A DNA stretch of 64,000 bases, from NCBI RefSeq assembly GCF_013149785.1, contig NZ_JABEZU010000003.1, forward strand, positions 248,001 to 312,000. Reading direction: 5' to 3'. A model generated the notes under the pieces. The model did not search any database and was not told the DNA's origin. It worked only from the letters and a program-made list of their open reading frames with translations. The stretch comes from Isoptericola halotolerans (GTDB lineage Bacteria; Actinomycetota; Actinomycetes; Actinomycetales; Cellulomonadaceae). A program made the position numbers and the translations under genes. This document shows positions 29,514-40,422 of this stretch, piece after piece; within the stretch, counting starts at the first letter, position 1, and the number at the start of each line of letters is the position of its first letter.

Positions 29514-30185
29514 ATGACACCGCTCGAGATCCGACCGTACCGCTCCACCGACCGCTCGGCCGTGGCCGAGGTCTGTGTGCGCACGGCCGCCGCGGGTGCG
29601 GACGCGCGGGGCGTCTACTCCGACGACTCGCTCATGGCGGAGGTGTACGCGCTGCCGTACGTGGACCACTCGCCGGGCCTCGCGTTCATGGTCGTCGACC
29701 ACACCCCCGCTGCCGCGGGGGACCTCCTGGCCGTGGACGACGGACGCCTGCTGGGCTATGTCATCGGTGTCGCCGACACCCGGGCGTTCGTCGACTGGTG
29801 GGAACGCGAGTGGACGCCCGGGTTCGTCCGGCGACACCCGGCCCCCGGCCCTCCGACGGGCGCCGAACCCGGCTACAGCGAGTCGGCCCTGCTGCACGAC
29901 GGTGCGCACCCCGAACGCATGGTGGCCCACCTCAGCGCGAACCAGCTCGCCGAGTTCCCTGCCCACCTGCACATCGACCTGGTGCCCGAGGCGCAGGGAC
30001 GCGGTCTCGGGCGCCGGCTCGTCGACACGTTGCGTACGGCGCTCGCCCGCCAGGGTGCCTCCGGCGTCCACCTCGGCTACGACCCGTCGAACACGGCGGC
30101 CCGGGCCTTCTACGACCGGCTGGGCTTCCGCGAGCTGCCGACGCCGGTCCCCGGCGTGAGCTTCCTGGGGATCGCCACGGGCTGA
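29514..30185 (+). CDS. GNAT-family acetyltransferase
   Basis: IRPYRSTD, VYALPYV, FPAHLHIDL, QGRGLG, ARAFYDRLGF. Confidence 0.88.
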   Translation: MTPLEIRPYRSTDRSAVAEVCVRTAAAGADARGVYSDDSLMAEVYALPYVDHSPGLAFMVVDHTPAAAGDLLAVDDGRLLGYVIGVADTRAFVDWWEREWTPGFVRRHPAPGPPTGAEPGYSESALLHDGAHPERMVAHLSANQLAEFPAHLHIDLVPEAQGRGLGRRLVDTLRTALARQGASGVHLGYDPSNTAARAFYDRLGFRELPTPVPGVSFLGIATG

Positions 30186-30208
30186 CGCCCCCTCTTCCGG
30201 GCCCTGTC

Positions 30209-30237
30209 TTGTCGTGCGCGGGTGGTGCCACTATGTT
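30209..30237 (+). promoter_or_regulatory. Sigma70-like promoter facing the recombinase-like gene (antisense)
   Basis: TTGTCG-N17-TATGTT. Confidence 0.4.
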
Positions 30238-30247
30238 GCTGGTCGGT

Positions 30248-30918
30248 GCTTGGCACACTATTTATTCTCGACGAGCTTGACGCCCGGGTCGACCAGACCG
30301 GCTTCCGTCCACGCCCGGCGCACCTGCTCGAACCGTGTCGGCAGCGGCGGGCGGGTCGCGCCGTACCGCGCGTTGGTGCGATGGACGAAACGTCGCCACG
30401 ACAGCACCAGCCCCTGCCGGGTGATCGGCAGCCCGCTGGAGACCGTGGTGCCGTTGTCGTGCGTGTGGTGCACCGTCAGGAGCAGCGCCCGTGGGACCGA
30501 GCCCTCCAGCTCGGCCGCCAGCTCGGTCCGGACGGTCATCCAGTGCCGCAGCAGCACGACGACCTCGGGGGACAACCGGTGTCGGCGGACGGTCCGGTGC
30601 TTGCCGTGACGCACCACGACGCTCCCCTCCCCCGCACCCCGCCGACCTTCCGAGCGCCCGTGCGTCCCGTCAGCCAGGTCGAGGTCCTCGGCACGGACAC
30701 GCAGGAGGTCCCCGTACCGAGCACCGGTGGCACGGGTGAGCCCTGCGACCACCGCGAGCCGGACGACCTCCGGCTTGCCGTCCGGACGCATCGCCTCGAC
30801 AGCGAGCTCGCGCCAGACCCACTCCGCCTCGTCGAGGGTGACGGGGGGCCGTGGGTAGCGGGCTGCGGTGTGGTCCGCGGACTTGTCCATGACGTCATGA
30901 TGGCAGGCTTGGCACACT
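30248..30918. repeat. 12-bp direct repeat GCTTGGCACACT flanking the recombinase-like gene
   Basis: Exact copies at 30248-30259 and 30907-30918, each followed by a T-rich run. Confidence 0.7.
30258..30890 (-). CDS. Truncated tyrosine-recombinase-like protein
   Basis: RLAVVAGLTRATGARYGDLLRVRAEDLDL (box I), VRHGKHR, LLRHW; ends PTRFEQVRRAW with no LGH or catalytic Tyr segment. Start approximate. Confidence 0.65.
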   Translation of the reverse strand: MDKSADHTAARYPRPPVTLDEAEWVWRELAVEAMRPDGKPEVVRLAVVAGLTRATGARYGDLLRVRAEDLDLADGTHGRSEGRRGAGEGSVVVRHGKHRTVRRHRLSPEVVVLLRHWMTVRTELAAELEGSVPRALLLTVHHTHDNGTTVSSGLPITRQGLVLSWRRFVHRTNARYGATRPPLPTRFEQVRRAWTEAGLVDPGVKLVENK

Positions 30919-30960
30919 TTTCTTGCCGACGCGCCGACGAAGGGACATAGGCTCGGGCAG

Positions 30961-31620
30961 ATGTCGTCGCGCCCGCCCAGCACGCTCGCCTCCGGTGTCG
31001 AGCACGAGCTCGTCGTCAAGAGGTCGCGGTTCCTCACCTACCTCTCCCCCGCCACGACGGAGGCCGCGGTGCAAGAGGCCGTCCGCGACCGACGCGCCCT
31101 GTACCGGGACGCCCGCCACCACTGCGTCGCGTCCGTCCTGGGGCCCCACGGGGAGACGCGGCGGTCGTCCGACGACGGCGAGCCCGCCGGCACCGCCGGC
31201 GTCCCGATGCTCGAGGTCCTGCGGCACCGCGAGATGACCGACGTCGTCGCCGTCGTCACGCGCTACTTCGGTGGCGTGCTGCTCGGAGCCGGAGGGCTCG
31301 TCCGCGCCTACTCCGGCGCCGTGGCCTCCGCGCTCGACGCGGCGGTCGACGCCCGAGCGGTGCTTCGCCGTCAGGCTCTCGTCGAGGTCACCGTCGACGC
31401 CCCGCACACCGACGCCGGCCGGCTCGAGCACAGGCTCCGCGAGTGGGCCGCCGCCCACGGGGCGGTCACCAGGCCCACCCGCTATGCGGACAGCGCTCGG
31501 CTCACGCTCCTCGTGCCCCGCACCGAGCTCGACAGGCTGCACCACGACGTCGCGTCAGCCACCGCAGGCTCGGTCGTCCCCCACGTCGGCGACGAACAGG
31601 TCGTCGACGTCCCCCGGTAG
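30961..31620 (+). CDS. YigZ/IMPACT-family protein
   Basis: VKRSRF, DARHHC, SSDDGEPAGTAGVPML, VVTRYFGGVLLGAGGLVRAY. Confidence 0.92.
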   Translation: MSSRPPSTLASGVEHELVVKRSRFLTYLSPATTEAAVQEAVRDRRALYRDARHHCVASVLGPHGETRRSSDDGEPAGTAGVPMLEVLRHREMTDVVAVVTRYFGGVLLGAGGLVRAYSGAVASALDAAVDARAVLRRQALVEVTVDAPHTDAGRLEHRLREWAAAHGAVTRPTRYADSARLTLLVPRTELDRLHHDVASATAGSVVPHVGDEQVVDVPR

Positions 31621-31623
31621 GAC

Positions 31624-33030
31624 TCAGACGATGCCGGCAGCGGTGATCGTCGACCCGCTGGGCACGGTACCCCGGTCGGCCTCCGGGGCCGGGAGCGCAC
31701 CGGCGCCCTCGACGCGGACGCCCGCTCCGAAGGTCCAGTCGCCCTCGACGGTCAACGCCGTCGACCTGCGCAGCGACGGGGGCCCGGCAGCGAACCGCTC
31801 GTCGAACGCCCCGATCGTCTTGTACGCCGACGACAGGCGCACCAGCGGCGCCTCCACCTGCGCGACGAGACGGTAGTCCTCGGTGAGCTCGTAGGCGTCC
31901 GAGCGCAGCAGCAGCAGGTCGTTCGTCGTCTTGACCGGCAGGAACCGCTCCCGGCCGACCTCGATCGCCGTGGCTCCCTCGAAGACCGCCACGGCCGCAC
32001 CCATGGCCGACTCGATCTGGACGACCTCCGGCGACGACGAGTCGGTCGGGTCGACCGTCTTGGCGTTGCGGATCAGGGGCAGCTCGAGCACACCGCCGGT
32101 ACGGTCCAGCTCCGCGGCCAGGACCTCGAGGTCGAACCACAGGTTGTTCGTGTGGAAGTAGCGGTGCCGCTCCGGGTCGAGGGAGACGTCCAGGTCGTCG
32201 GGGTGGGTCTGCGCCGTCTCCCGCTGGATGATGCGGCCGTCCGAGCGGCGGACCACGAGCTGGCCCCCCTTGACGTCAGCGGGCGTCTTGAGGCACATCT
32301 CGGCCGCGTAGGGTGCGCCGGAACCTGCGAACCAGGCAGCGATCTCACCGTCGGGCGCGGCACCGAGGTTGTCGGAGTTGGAGACGCAGGCGTAGCGGAA
32401 CCCGGCGTCCAGCAGGGCCCGCACCACCCCGTTCGCGTGCAGCGCGGGGTACAGGTCGCCGTGACCCGGCGGGCACCACTCGAGCGTCGGGTCGTCGGGC
32501 CACTCGACGGGCTCGAGCGTGTCCGCGCGCAGCTTGGGCTCGCGGTTCTGCAGGAAGTCCAGCGGCACCCCGTCGACCGCCAGGCCCTCGTGGCCCGCCA
32601 GGGCGGCGCGGGTGTCGTCCTGGGTCCGGAAAGAGTTCATGAGCACCAGCGGGAGGGGGGCACCGGTGGCCTGCCGGGCAGCACGGACCTGGCCGACGAT
32701 CACGTCGAGGAACGACAGCCGCCGCCCGTCGTCGGTCCGGCGCACCTCCAGCAGCGACTTGGCGCGGTCCATGCCCATCGAGGTTCCCAGCCCGCCGTTG
32801 AGCTTGATGATGGCGGTGCGGGCGAGCGCGGCGGAAGCCTGCGCGTCGTCGATCTCCAGGTCGGCGTGCCGGGTGATCCCGGAGAGAGGCTCCACGTCGG
32901 CCTCCCGGACGAACCCGCTCGCGCCCTCCTCCAGCAGCCGGTAGAAGCGGCTGAACACGTCGACGGCGGCGGGCGCGACCCCCGCCGTCCTCATCTTGTC
33001 TCGGGCAAGCTCGAGTCCACGATCGCTCAT
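31624..33030 (-). CDS. UTP-glucose-1-phosphate uridylyltransferase (UGPA/eukaryote-like type)
   Basis: KLNGGLGTSMG..AKS, LMNSF, EWCPPGHGD, SNSDNLG, DVKGG, FHTNNLW, RFLPVKTTNDLL. Confidence 0.92.
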   Translation of the reverse strand: MSDRGLELARDKMRTAGVAPAAVDVFSRFYRLLEEGASGFVREADVEPLSGITRHADLEIDDAQASAALARTAIIKLNGGLGTSMGMDRAKSLLEVRRTDDGRRLSFLDVIVGQVRAARQATGAPLPLVLMNSFRTQDDTRAALAGHEGLAVDGVPLDFLQNREPKLRADTLEPVEWPDDPTLEWCPPGHGDLYPALHANGVVRALLDAGFRYACVSNSDNLGAAPDGEIAAWFAGSGAPYAAEMCLKTPADVKGGQLVVRRSDGRIIQRETAQTHPDDLDVSLDPERHRYFHTNNLWFDLEVLAAELDRTGGVLELPLIRNAKTVDPTDSSSPEVVQIESAMGAAVAVFEGATAIEVGRERFLPVKTTNDLLLLRSDAYELTEDYRLVAQVEAPLVRLSSAYKTIGAFDERFAAGPPSLRRSTALTVEGDWTFGAGVRVEGAGALPAPEADRGTVPSGSTITAAGIV

Positions 33031-33099
33031 GGCCAGCACCCTAGCCCGAGCAGGTGCCGGCGGTGCGAACGGTCCGCGCCGAGCTGCCCGACGGGGCTT

Positions 33100-33720
33100 C
33101 TACCGGAAGGGCTCCGGATCGCCGGCCCCGGCCCGCACGACCTCCGGGTACCCACGGGAGTAGTCCACGACGGTCGTCGGTGCCGCCTCCACGTCACCGG
33201 AGTCGACGACGAGGTCGACCTGGCGGTCCAGCTCGTCCGCGACCTGCCAGGCCTGCGTCATCGACTCGTGCTGCCCCGGCAGCACGAGCGTCGAGCTGAG
33301 CAACGGTTCGCCCAGCTCGCGCAGCAGGGACTGCACCACTCGCGAGTCCGGGATGCGGACACCGACCGTCTTCTTCTTCGGGTGAGCGAGCCGGCGCGGA
33401 ACCTCTGACGTCGCGGGCAGGATGAAGGTGTACGGGCCGGGTGTCGAGGCCTTGATGGCGCGGAACGCCGAGTTGTCCAGCCGCACGAGCTGACCGAGCT
33501 GGGCGAAGTCGCAACACACGAGCGTGAAGTGGTGCTTGGCGTCGAGGCGCCGGATCCGTCGGATCCGCTCCGTGCCGTCGTGCTGTCCGACGCGGCAGCC
33601 GAGCGCGTAGCCGGAGTCCGTCGGGTAGGCGATGAGCGCGCCGGCCTCGAGCGCGTCGACGACCTGACGGACCGCGCGCGGCTGCGGGTCGACCGGATGG
33701 ATGTCCACGAGACGTGCCAT
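33100..33720 (-). CDS. YciO/Sua5/YrdC-family protein
   Basis: DIHPVDPQPR, YPTDSGYALGC, HHFTL, TPGPYTFIL, KKKTVGVRIP. Confidence 0.9.
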   Translation of the reverse strand: MARLVDIHPVDPQPRAVRQVVDALEAGALIAYPTDSGYALGCRVGQHDGTERIRRIRRLDAKHHFTLVCCDFAQLGQLVRLDNSAFRAIKASTPGPYTFILPATSEVPRRLAHPKKKTVGVRIPDSRVVQSLLRELGEPLLSSTLVLPGQHESMTQAWQVADELDRQVDLVVDSGDVEAAPTTVVDYSRGYPEVVRAGAGDPEPFR

Positions 33721-33758
33721 GCGGCCAGGCTACGCCGCGAACCGCTCGACGGCGCAGG

Positions 33759-34748
33759 TCAGCGCTCGGGACCGGTGAGCGCGCGGCGCAGCTCCGCCTC
33801 GCTCGCGTTGCCGCCGCTGCACACCACGCCCACCCGGGCGCCGACGAACTGCTCGGTGTGCGCGAGGACCCCCGCGAGCGCGGCCGCACCGGCTCCTTCG
33901 GCCACGGTGCGCGTCGTCGTGAGCAGGGCACGCTGCGCGTGGGAGATGCTGTCGTCGTCGACCAGCAGGAACTCCGCCAGGTGCGAGCGCAGGATCCCCT
34001 GCGTGAGGGCGAACCCACGGCCCACGGCGAGACCTTCGGCCCGGGTGCCGTTCCGTCGGCCGAGCAGCTCCCCCGCACGCCAGGAGTCGTGCGCGGCGGG
34101 CGAGGCGGCGGACTGGACACCGACGACACGCACGTGGGGGGCGAGCGCCGCCGTCACGAGGCAGGCTGCCGCAGCACCCGAGCCGCCACCGACCGGGACC
34201 ACGAGGACGTCCAGGTCCGGCGCCTGCTCGAGCAGCTCCAGCGTCGCGGTCGCGACCCCGGCCACGAGCTCCGGCTCGTCCGCGGCGCTGACGAGGCGAG
34301 CCCCCCGGTCGTGGGCGGTCGCGGTGGCGAGCCGGCGGGCGTCGTCCAGGCTCTCACCGTGCAGGACGACCCGTGCGCCGAGCGCCCGCACGGCGCGCTC
34401 CTTGATCGGGTTCGGTGCCGACGGCATGACGATCGTGCACGGTGCGCCGACCTCGCGCGCCGCGTCGGCGAGCGCCTGGGCGTGGTTGCCGGTGGAGTAC
34501 CCCACGATCCCCCGGAGCCGGGCGTCGGACGAGAGCTGGTGAATAAGGTTCAGCGCGCCCCGGATCTTGAAGGCGCCCGTGCGCTGCAGGTTCTCGTGCT
34601 TGACGACGACCTGCGATCCTCCGGCGCCCGCCTCCTGCACCAGTCGGTCCAGGGCGTGGTAGCTCATCGCGGGCGTCCGCACGACCAGTCCGTCGATGCG
34701 CCGGCGGGCCGCCAGCACGTCGGTCAGGGTCGGAGGTGTCAGGTCCAT
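33759..34748 (-). CDS. PLP-dependent threonine/serine dehydratase
   Basis: KHENLQRTGAFKIRGA, STGNHAQ, PVGGGSG, EGAGAA, CSGGN. Confidence 0.9.
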   Translation of the reverse strand: MDLTPPTLTDVLAARRRIDGLVVRTPAMSYHALDRLVQEAGAGGSQVVVKHENLQRTGAFKIRGALNLIHQLSSDARLRGIVGYSTGNHAQALADAAREVGAPCTIVMPSAPNPIKERAVRALGARVVLHGESLDDARRLATATAHDRGARLVSAADEPELVAGVATATLELLEQAPDLDVLVVPVGGGSGAAAACLVTAALAPHVRVVGVQSAASPAAHDSWRAGELLGRRNGTRAEGLAVGRGFALTQGILRSHLAEFLLVDDDSISHAQRALLTTTRTVAEGAGAAALAGVLAHTEQFVGARVGVVCSGGNASEAELRRALTGPER

Positions 34749-34842
34749 GGATCCAGGATCGGTCGTCGTGAAACATCGGTCCAATGCCACATCGTGACCT
34801 CAGTCATCGTCTGCTTCGATAGGTCGCTCGTATGCTGAGCCG

Positions 34843-35769
34843 ATGACCGACGTGCCGCCTCCCGCCGCTCAGCTCGACCTGACCCGGCTCCGGGTCCTGG
34901 CCGCCGTCGCACGGACCGGCTCCGTCACCGCAGCGGCGCGCGAGCTGCACTACGCGCAGCCGTCGGTGAGCCACCACCTGGCCCGCCTGGAGACCGAGGC
35001 GGGCATCCCGTTGCTGCAGCGCGCCGGACGGGGGGTTCGGCTCACCGAGGCGGGCGAGCTGCTCGCCGACCGTGCCGAGGAGATCATCGCGCGGGTCGAG
35101 GGCGCGCAGCGCGAGCTCGACGCGCTGGCCGGCCTCCGTGCGGGCAGGGCGCGGTTGGCGGCCTTCCCCTCTGCGCTCGCGACGATCGTGCCGGACGCCG
35201 TCACGCGCCTGCGTGACCGGCACCCGGGTCTCGGCGTGGGCCTGGTCGAGGCGGAGCCGCCCGAGGCGGTCGGCGCGCTGCGGGCCGGCGAGGTCGACGT
35301 GGCGCTCGTCTTCGAGCACACCGACGTCGACGGGGGCCGCGCCGTCGACGACCTGTCACGGTTCGAGACCACCGCGGTGCTCGACGACGCGGTGTACCTG
35401 GTCACCTCGGCGGATGCACCGCCGCACCCGGGCGATGCCATGACGATCCTGCGCTCGCACGCGACCGACACGTGGATCGCCGGCTGCGAGCGGTGCCGTG
35501 CGGATCTCCTCGCGCGGTGCTCCACGGCCGGCTTCGCTCCCCGGCTCGCCTTCGAGACCGACGACTACGTCGCGGTCCAGGCGCTCGTCGCGGCCGGTGC
35601 CGGCGTGAGCCTGCTCCCCGGGCTGGCGCTGCGAGCGCACCGGAACCCGGACGTGGCCGTCCTCGCGCTGCCCGGCGCGACCCGCCGGGTCCTGGCGCTC
35701 ACGGTCGGCGCGCCGACTCCCCCGGCCCGCGCCCTGGTGGAGCTGCTGGTGGCCAGCGGCGGCGCCTGA
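34843..35769 (+). CDS. LysR-family transcriptional regulator
   Basis: GSVTAAARELHYAQPSVSHHLARLE..G..L..R..RGVRLTEAG; divergent from the dehydratase. Confidence 0.93.
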   Translation: MTDVPPPAAQLDLTRLRVLAAVARTGSVTAAARELHYAQPSVSHHLARLETEAGIPLLQRAGRGVRLTEAGELLADRAEEIIARVEGAQRELDALAGLRAGRARLAAFPSALATIVPDAVTRLRDRHPGLGVGLVEAEPPEAVGALRAGEVDVALVFEHTDVDGGRAVDDLSRFETTAVLDDAVYLVTSADAPPHPGDAMTILRSHATDTWIAGCERCRADLLARCSTAGFAPRLAFETDDYVAVQALVAAGAGVSLLPGLALRAHRNPDVAVLALPGATRRVLALTVGAPTPPARALVELLVASGGA

Positions 35770-35783
35770 CGAAGGGCTCGGCG

Positions 35784-36407
35784 TCAGCCGGGCAGCACCG
35801 TACGACGCAGGTGCTCGCCGAGGCGCGGGTCCGGGTCGATGCCGGCGAGCATCGACCCGAAGAGGACGGACTCACCGATGCGGACGAACGCGAAGGCCGT
35901 CTCGGCGACCGAGAACTGCAGCGGCGCCAGCGCGCCCGCGTCGAGCTCGCGGCGGATCAGCGTCGCCCAGGCCTCGACGTTGCGCACGTGCACCCGGGCG
36001 GTCGCGCCGAACAGCACCCGGGTCGCGTCCACGGGGTCGACGGCGAGGTACTTCTGCAGAGGTTCGTGCGTGCCGACCTCGTCGTCGAAGCGTCGCGCGA
36101 CGGTCAGCAGCCGCTCGACACCGCGCAAGCCCGCCGCGTCAGCGCCGTCCCGGGCGAGCTCCAACGTGCGCGCCGCCAGCTGCCACAACACGTCGCCGAG
36201 CAGCCGGTCCCGGCTCCCGACCACCCGGTAGAGCGTCGCCCGGCTGACCCACAGGTCCTCGGTCAGCTGGTCCATCGCCAGCCCGCCGGAGGCGACGAAC
36301 TGTCGGCGCGCAGCGCGAAGTGCGACCGGGTACGTGATGACGCGGCCCCGGCCACCTCGGAGCGTCTGGTTCTCGACCACGATGTCGCACCTGCTTTCTC
36401 TGAGCAC
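35784..36407 (-). CDS. TetR-family (QsdR-like) regulator
   Basis: MDQLTEDLWVSRATLYRVVGSRDRLLGDVLW; C-terminal FVRIGES. Start uncertain. Confidence 0.75.
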   Translation of the reverse strand: MLRESRCDIVVENQTLRGGRGRVITYPVALRAARRQFVASGGLAMDQLTEDLWVSRATLYRVVGSRDRLLGDVLWQLAARTLELARDGADAAGLRGVERLLTVARRFDDEVGTHEPLQKYLAVDPVDATRVLFGATARVHVRNVEAWATLIRRELDAGALAPLQFSVAETAFAFVRIGESVLFGSMLAGIDPDPRLGEHLRRTVLPG

Positions 36408-36452
36408 GTCCGGCCAGCATACCGTCTGGTCGGTCGGCCGCCAGTGCGCAGG

Positions 36453-38288
36453 TCAGACGAGCGAGTCCTGCCACGCCCTGTGCAGCGCGGCGAACCGTCC
36501 GCGCCGGGCGACGAGCTCGCCCGGGGTCCCGTCCTCCACCACCGTGCCGTGCTCCATGACGAGGACCCGGTCGGCGATCTCGACCGTGGACAACCGATGG
36601 GCGATGATCAGCGCGGTCCGGTCGGCGAGCAGCGTCTGGAGCCCACGCTGCACCAGCCGCTCCCCCGGCAGGTCGAGCGAGCTCGTGGCCTCGTCCAGCA
36701 CGAGCACGGCGGGGTCGGCGAGGAAGGCACGGGCAAAGCTGATCAGCTGCCGCTGCCCGGACGAGACCCGGCCACCACGCTTGTTCACCTCGGTGTCGTA
36801 CCCCTGGGACAGGCTCTGGACGAAGTCGTGCACGCCGACGGCCCGGGCGGCCGCCTCGACCTCGGCGTCGGTGGCCTCCGGCCGCCCCAGCGCGATGTTC
36901 TCCCGCACCGTCCCGCTGAAGAGGTACGCCTCCTGCGTCACCATCACCACGGCACGTCGCAGGTCGGCGGACGACAGGTCCCGGACGTCCACCCCGTCCA
37001 GCAGCACACGGCCCTCGCGCGCGTCGTAGAAGCGTGTCACGAGCTTGGCGAGCGTCGACTTGCCCGCGCCGGTCGAGCCCACCAGGGCGACGGTCTGCCC
37101 GGCCGGGATCGTCAGGTCCAGCGCGGGGAGCACGACCGGGCCGCGTCCGTAGCCGAAGGTGACGTCGTCCAGCCGCACCTCTCCGCGGGCGCGCGGCAAG
37201 GGGGTCGGGTGCCGAGGTTCGACGACCGTCGGCTCCTCGGCGAGCAGCCCGGAGACCTTCTCCAGGGCCGCCACGGCGGACTGCAGCGCGTTGTAGAACA
37301 TCCCGAGCTGCTGGATGGGCTGGAAGAACCGCTTGACGTACAGCAGCACGGCCACGAGCGCACCCAGCTCGAGCCCGCCGTCGTACACGCGCCAGCCGCC
37401 GTAGGCGAGCGCGGCCGCCACCGTCACGTTGCCGATGAGCACCAGACCCGGCTGGTAGCGCCCGTTCACCCCGAAGATCCGCAGGTTGGCGTCCCGGTAC
37501 TCCTCTCCCAGCACGGAGTACGCGGCGTCGACGGCCGGTTCACGACGGAAGGCCTGCACGGCACGCATCCCGGTCATCGTCTCGACGAACTTCACGATCA
37601 GCCGCGCCGAGGCGGTGCGTTGCTCGCGGTAGAGCAGCTGCGAGCGCCGCTGGAACCAGCGCGTCAGCCACCATGCCGGCACCAGTGCCCCGACCAGCAC
37701 CAGACCGGAGCGCCAGTCCACGACGAACAGCGCGACACCGGTGAAGAGCATCAGCATCAGTGACGACACGACGCCTGTCAGCCCGCCGTCGAAGAGCTCG
37801 CGCAGCGCCTCCAGGTCGGAGGTCTGCCGGCTGATCACGCGGCCCGAGGTGTAGGACTCGTGGAACTCCAGAGAGAGTCGTTGCGTGTGGCGGAACACCC
37901 GACGGCGCAGCTCCAGCAGCACGCTCTGAGCGACTCTCGCCGCCGCCCGGACATAGGCACCTGCGCAGACCCCGCCCAGCACCGCTGCCACCAGGTAGGT
38001 ACCACCGACGGCCACGAGCGGGCCGGGGTCGCCGTCCCGCAGGGCGGGCAGCGCCGAGTCGACACCTGCCTGGACCAACAGCGGTCCGGCGACCTGCCCG
38101 AGAGTGCCGACCACGATGAGCGCGCCGGCCCATGCCAAGGGTCGCCACCGGGGGCGCAAGAGCTCTCCGAGCAGCCGTAGCGAGCGTCGTCGCACCGCCG
38201 TGGACGTCGCCCGGTCCAGCAGCGACGTGTCGTCCGAGTGAGCGTCACCCGCCCAGCCACCGCGATCGGCCCGGGAGCTCGTGGTCAC
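36453..38288 (-). CDS. ABC exporter fused TMD-NBD subunit
   Basis: [44 protein letters not shown] start overlaps the upstream stop. Confidence 0.92.
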   Translation of the reverse strand: MTTSSRADRGGWAGDAHSDDTSLLDRATSTAVRRRSLRLLGELLRPRWRPLAWAGALIVVGTLGQVAGPLLVQAGVDSALPALRDGDPGPLVAVGGTYLVAAVLGGVCAGAYVRAAARVAQSVLLELRRRVFRHTQRLSLEFHESYTSGRVISRQTSDLEALRELFDGGLTGVVSSLMLMLFTGVALFVVDWRSGLVLVGALVPAWWLTRWFQRRSQLLYREQRTASARLIVKFVETMTGMRAVQAFRREPAVDAAYSVLGEEYRDANLRIFGVNGRYQPGLVLIGNVTVAAALAYGGWRVYDGGLELGALVAVLLYVKRFFQPIQQLGMFYNALQSAVAALEKVSGLLAEEPTVVEPRHPTPLPRARGEVRLDDVTFGYGRGPVVLPALDLTIPAGQTVALVGSTGAGKSTLAKLVTRFYDAREGRVLLDGVDVRDLSSADLRRAVVMVTQEAYLFSGTVRENIALGRPEATDAEVEAAARAVGVHDFVQSLSQGYDTEVNKRGGRVSSGQRQLISFARAFLADPAVLVLDEATSSLDLPGERLVQRGLQTLLADRTALIIAHRLSTVEIADRVLVMEHGTVVEDGTPGELVARRGRFAALHRAWQDSLV

Positions 38289-40165
38289 TGGGTGTCCTCC
38301 GTGTGCCGTGCGCCGTGCGGGTCCGTCGTGTCGTGCGCGGTCGCGTCCCAGTCCTGCTCGAGCGAGCTGATGATGGACCGGTAGTGGTCGTCGGTGTCGA
38401 GCAGCTCGCGATGCGTCCCGACGGCGCTGACCCGCCCCTGGCTGAGCACCGCGACGCGGTCGGCGAGCGCCACCGTGGAGGGCCGGTGCGCGATGACCAG
38501 CGTCGTCGTCCCCGCGAGCACCTGCCGCAGCCTCGCCGTCACCGCCTCCTCGGTGGCGACGTCGAGCGCCGAGAGCGGATCGTCCAGGACGAGCACCCGA
38601 GGTCGCGCCGCGACGGCCCTGGCGAGGGCGAGGCGCTGCCGCTGGCCTCCGGACAGCGAGAGCCCTTCCTCCCCGATGCGTGTCTCGAGGCCCTGGGGCA
38701 GGTCGTGCACGAACGTGGCCTGGGCGACCTCGACGGCCTCGTGCAGCAGCCGGTCCCGCACCGTGTCCGGGAGGCTGTCGTCGACGCCGAGCAGCACGTT
38801 CTCGCGCACGGACGCCGAGAACAGCGTGGGGTCCTCGAACGCGACGGCGACCGCCCGGCGCAGGTCGTGGCGGCTCAGCGCGCGCACGTCGTGGCCGTCG
38901 ATCTCCACAGAACCTGCCGTGACGTCGGCGAGGCGGGGCAGCAGCATCGCCAGCGTCGACTTGCCGGAGCCGGTGAGACCGACGAGCGCCGTCGTGGTCC
39001 CCGCCGGCAGCTCGAGGTCGACGCCGTCGAGCACGGGCTCGGGCGCGTCCTCGTACCGGAAGGCCACACCCCGTAGCACGAGCCGCCCGTCGCCCGGTCC
39101 CAGGGCCTCCGCGTCGGCAGGAGCCGGGTCGGTCACCGGGTTGGGGGTCTCGACGACCTCGAAGAACCGGTCGACGGCGGTGCGGGCGTTGAGAGTCATG
39201 GACAACGTCATACCGAGGTCGACGACCGGGCCGTTGATCACCGCGGCGGTGAGGAAGAACGCGACCAGCGCTCCGACCGAGATCTGCCCGTCCGCGGCCA
39301 GCCACACGCCCAGGATCAGGCACACGGCGAGCGTCAGCTCGGGGATGAGCTGCAACGACGTCGTGACGGTCGCCTGGTTGCCGGCCTTGCGGATCTCGGT
39401 ACGCCGCAGCTCTTCGGCCTGGTCGGAGAAGGACTCCAGGGCGGCGTCGCCTCGTCCGAACGCCTTGAGCACCCGGATGCCGTGGACCGACTCCTCGACG
39501 GTGTTGGCGAGATCGCCGGACTGGTCCTGCGAGAGGCGGGCGATCACACGGTAGCGTCGCGAGAAGCGGTAGGCGATCACGGTCACCGGGACCGCGCCGG
39601 CGAGATACACCACGCCGAGCCAGCCGGCAGTGGCGAGCAGGATCCCCACGCCCACGACGATCGTGACCAGGCTGACCACGAGCTGCAGCAGGCCGAAGAC
39701 GAGCCACCGGCGCAGCAGCCCGAGGTCGGCCATGGACCGGCTGAGCAGCTGGCCGCCGGACCACCGGTCGTGGAAGGCCGGCGGCAGCTGGAGCAGGTGG
39801 CGGAAGAGCACGGTGCGCAGCACCGCCTCGACCCGGGTGCCGGGGTACATCACGAGGTTGCGCCGCAGCAGGATCAACCCGGCCTCGGCGACCCCGAGCC
39901 CGAGCACCGCCAGCGTCGGCCAGAGCAGGGCGGTGCGGTCGTCGGCGGACAGGCCCGTGGCGAGCGGTCCCTCGACGAGGCTCTGCAGCACGCGGGGGAT
40001 CGCGAGGGCTGCCAACGAGGCACCCAGCGAGGCCGCGAGCCCGGCGATCAGTCGAGGGAGCGCGGGGCGGACGTAGGGCAGCAGCCGCAGCACCGACGCG
40101 ACGGTGCCGAGCTGGGAGCCCGCGGGCGCGGACCGGGCCGGCGACGGGGAAGGAGGGGGTGGCAT
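38285..40165 (-). CDS. ABC exporter fused TMD-NBD subunit (degenerate-site partner of a heterodimer)
   Basis: [32 protein letters not shown] (Walker B Glu replaced by Asp). Confidence 0.92.
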   Translation of the reverse strand: MPPPPSPSPARSAPAGSQLGTVASVLRLLPYVRPALPRLIAGLAASLGASLAALAIPRVLQSLVEGPLATGLSADDRTALLWPTLAVLGLGVAEAGLILLRRNLVMYPGTRVEAVLRTVLFRHLLQLPPAFHDRWSGGQLLSRSMADLGLLRRWLVFGLLQLVVSLVTIVVGVGILLATAGWLGVVYLAGAVPVTVIAYRFSRRYRVIARLSQDQSGDLANTVEESVHGIRVLKAFGRGDAALESFSDQAEELRRTEIRKAGNQATVTTSLQLIPELTLAVCLILGVWLAADGQISVGALVAFFLTAAVINGPVVDLGMTLSMTLNARTAVDRFFEVVETPNPVTDPAPADAEALGPGDGRLVLRGVAFRYEDAPEPVLDGVDLELPAGTTTALVGLTGSGKSTLAMLLPRLADVTAGSVEIDGHDVRALSRHDLRRAVAVAFEDPTLFSASVRENVLLGVDDSLPDTVRDRLLHEAVEVAQATFVHDLPQGLETRIGEEGLSLSGGQRQRLALARAVAARPRVLVLDDPLSALDVATEEAVTARLRQVLAGTTTLVIAHRPSTVALADRVAVLSQGRVSAVGTHRELLDTDDHYRSIISSLEQDWDATAHDTTDPHGARHTEDTQ

Positions 40166-40422
40166 CGCTCACATCTTCCCACCGACCACCGACATGCTTG
40201 CCCGGGCACACCGCCCGGTGCACGAGGGGCTGCCCGTACGATGCCCGCCCTGGACGGCGGGCTGCTGGTGGGTGCGGTGACGGGTGCAGTACTCCGCGGT
40301 CGACCAGCTCCTGCACCACCACGCGCCGGACACCGAGGCCGAGCAGCGGCAGTGGTCGGCCCGCATCATCGAGCGGTGCCGTGCGGCCGAGGCGTCGCTC
40401 GGCGACCTGTTCGACTGACGGC

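Noticed and set aside
30222..30950. 242-aa + strand ORF opposite the recombinase-like gene
   Set aside because: It has no motifs, while the minus-strand frame has recombinase similarity.
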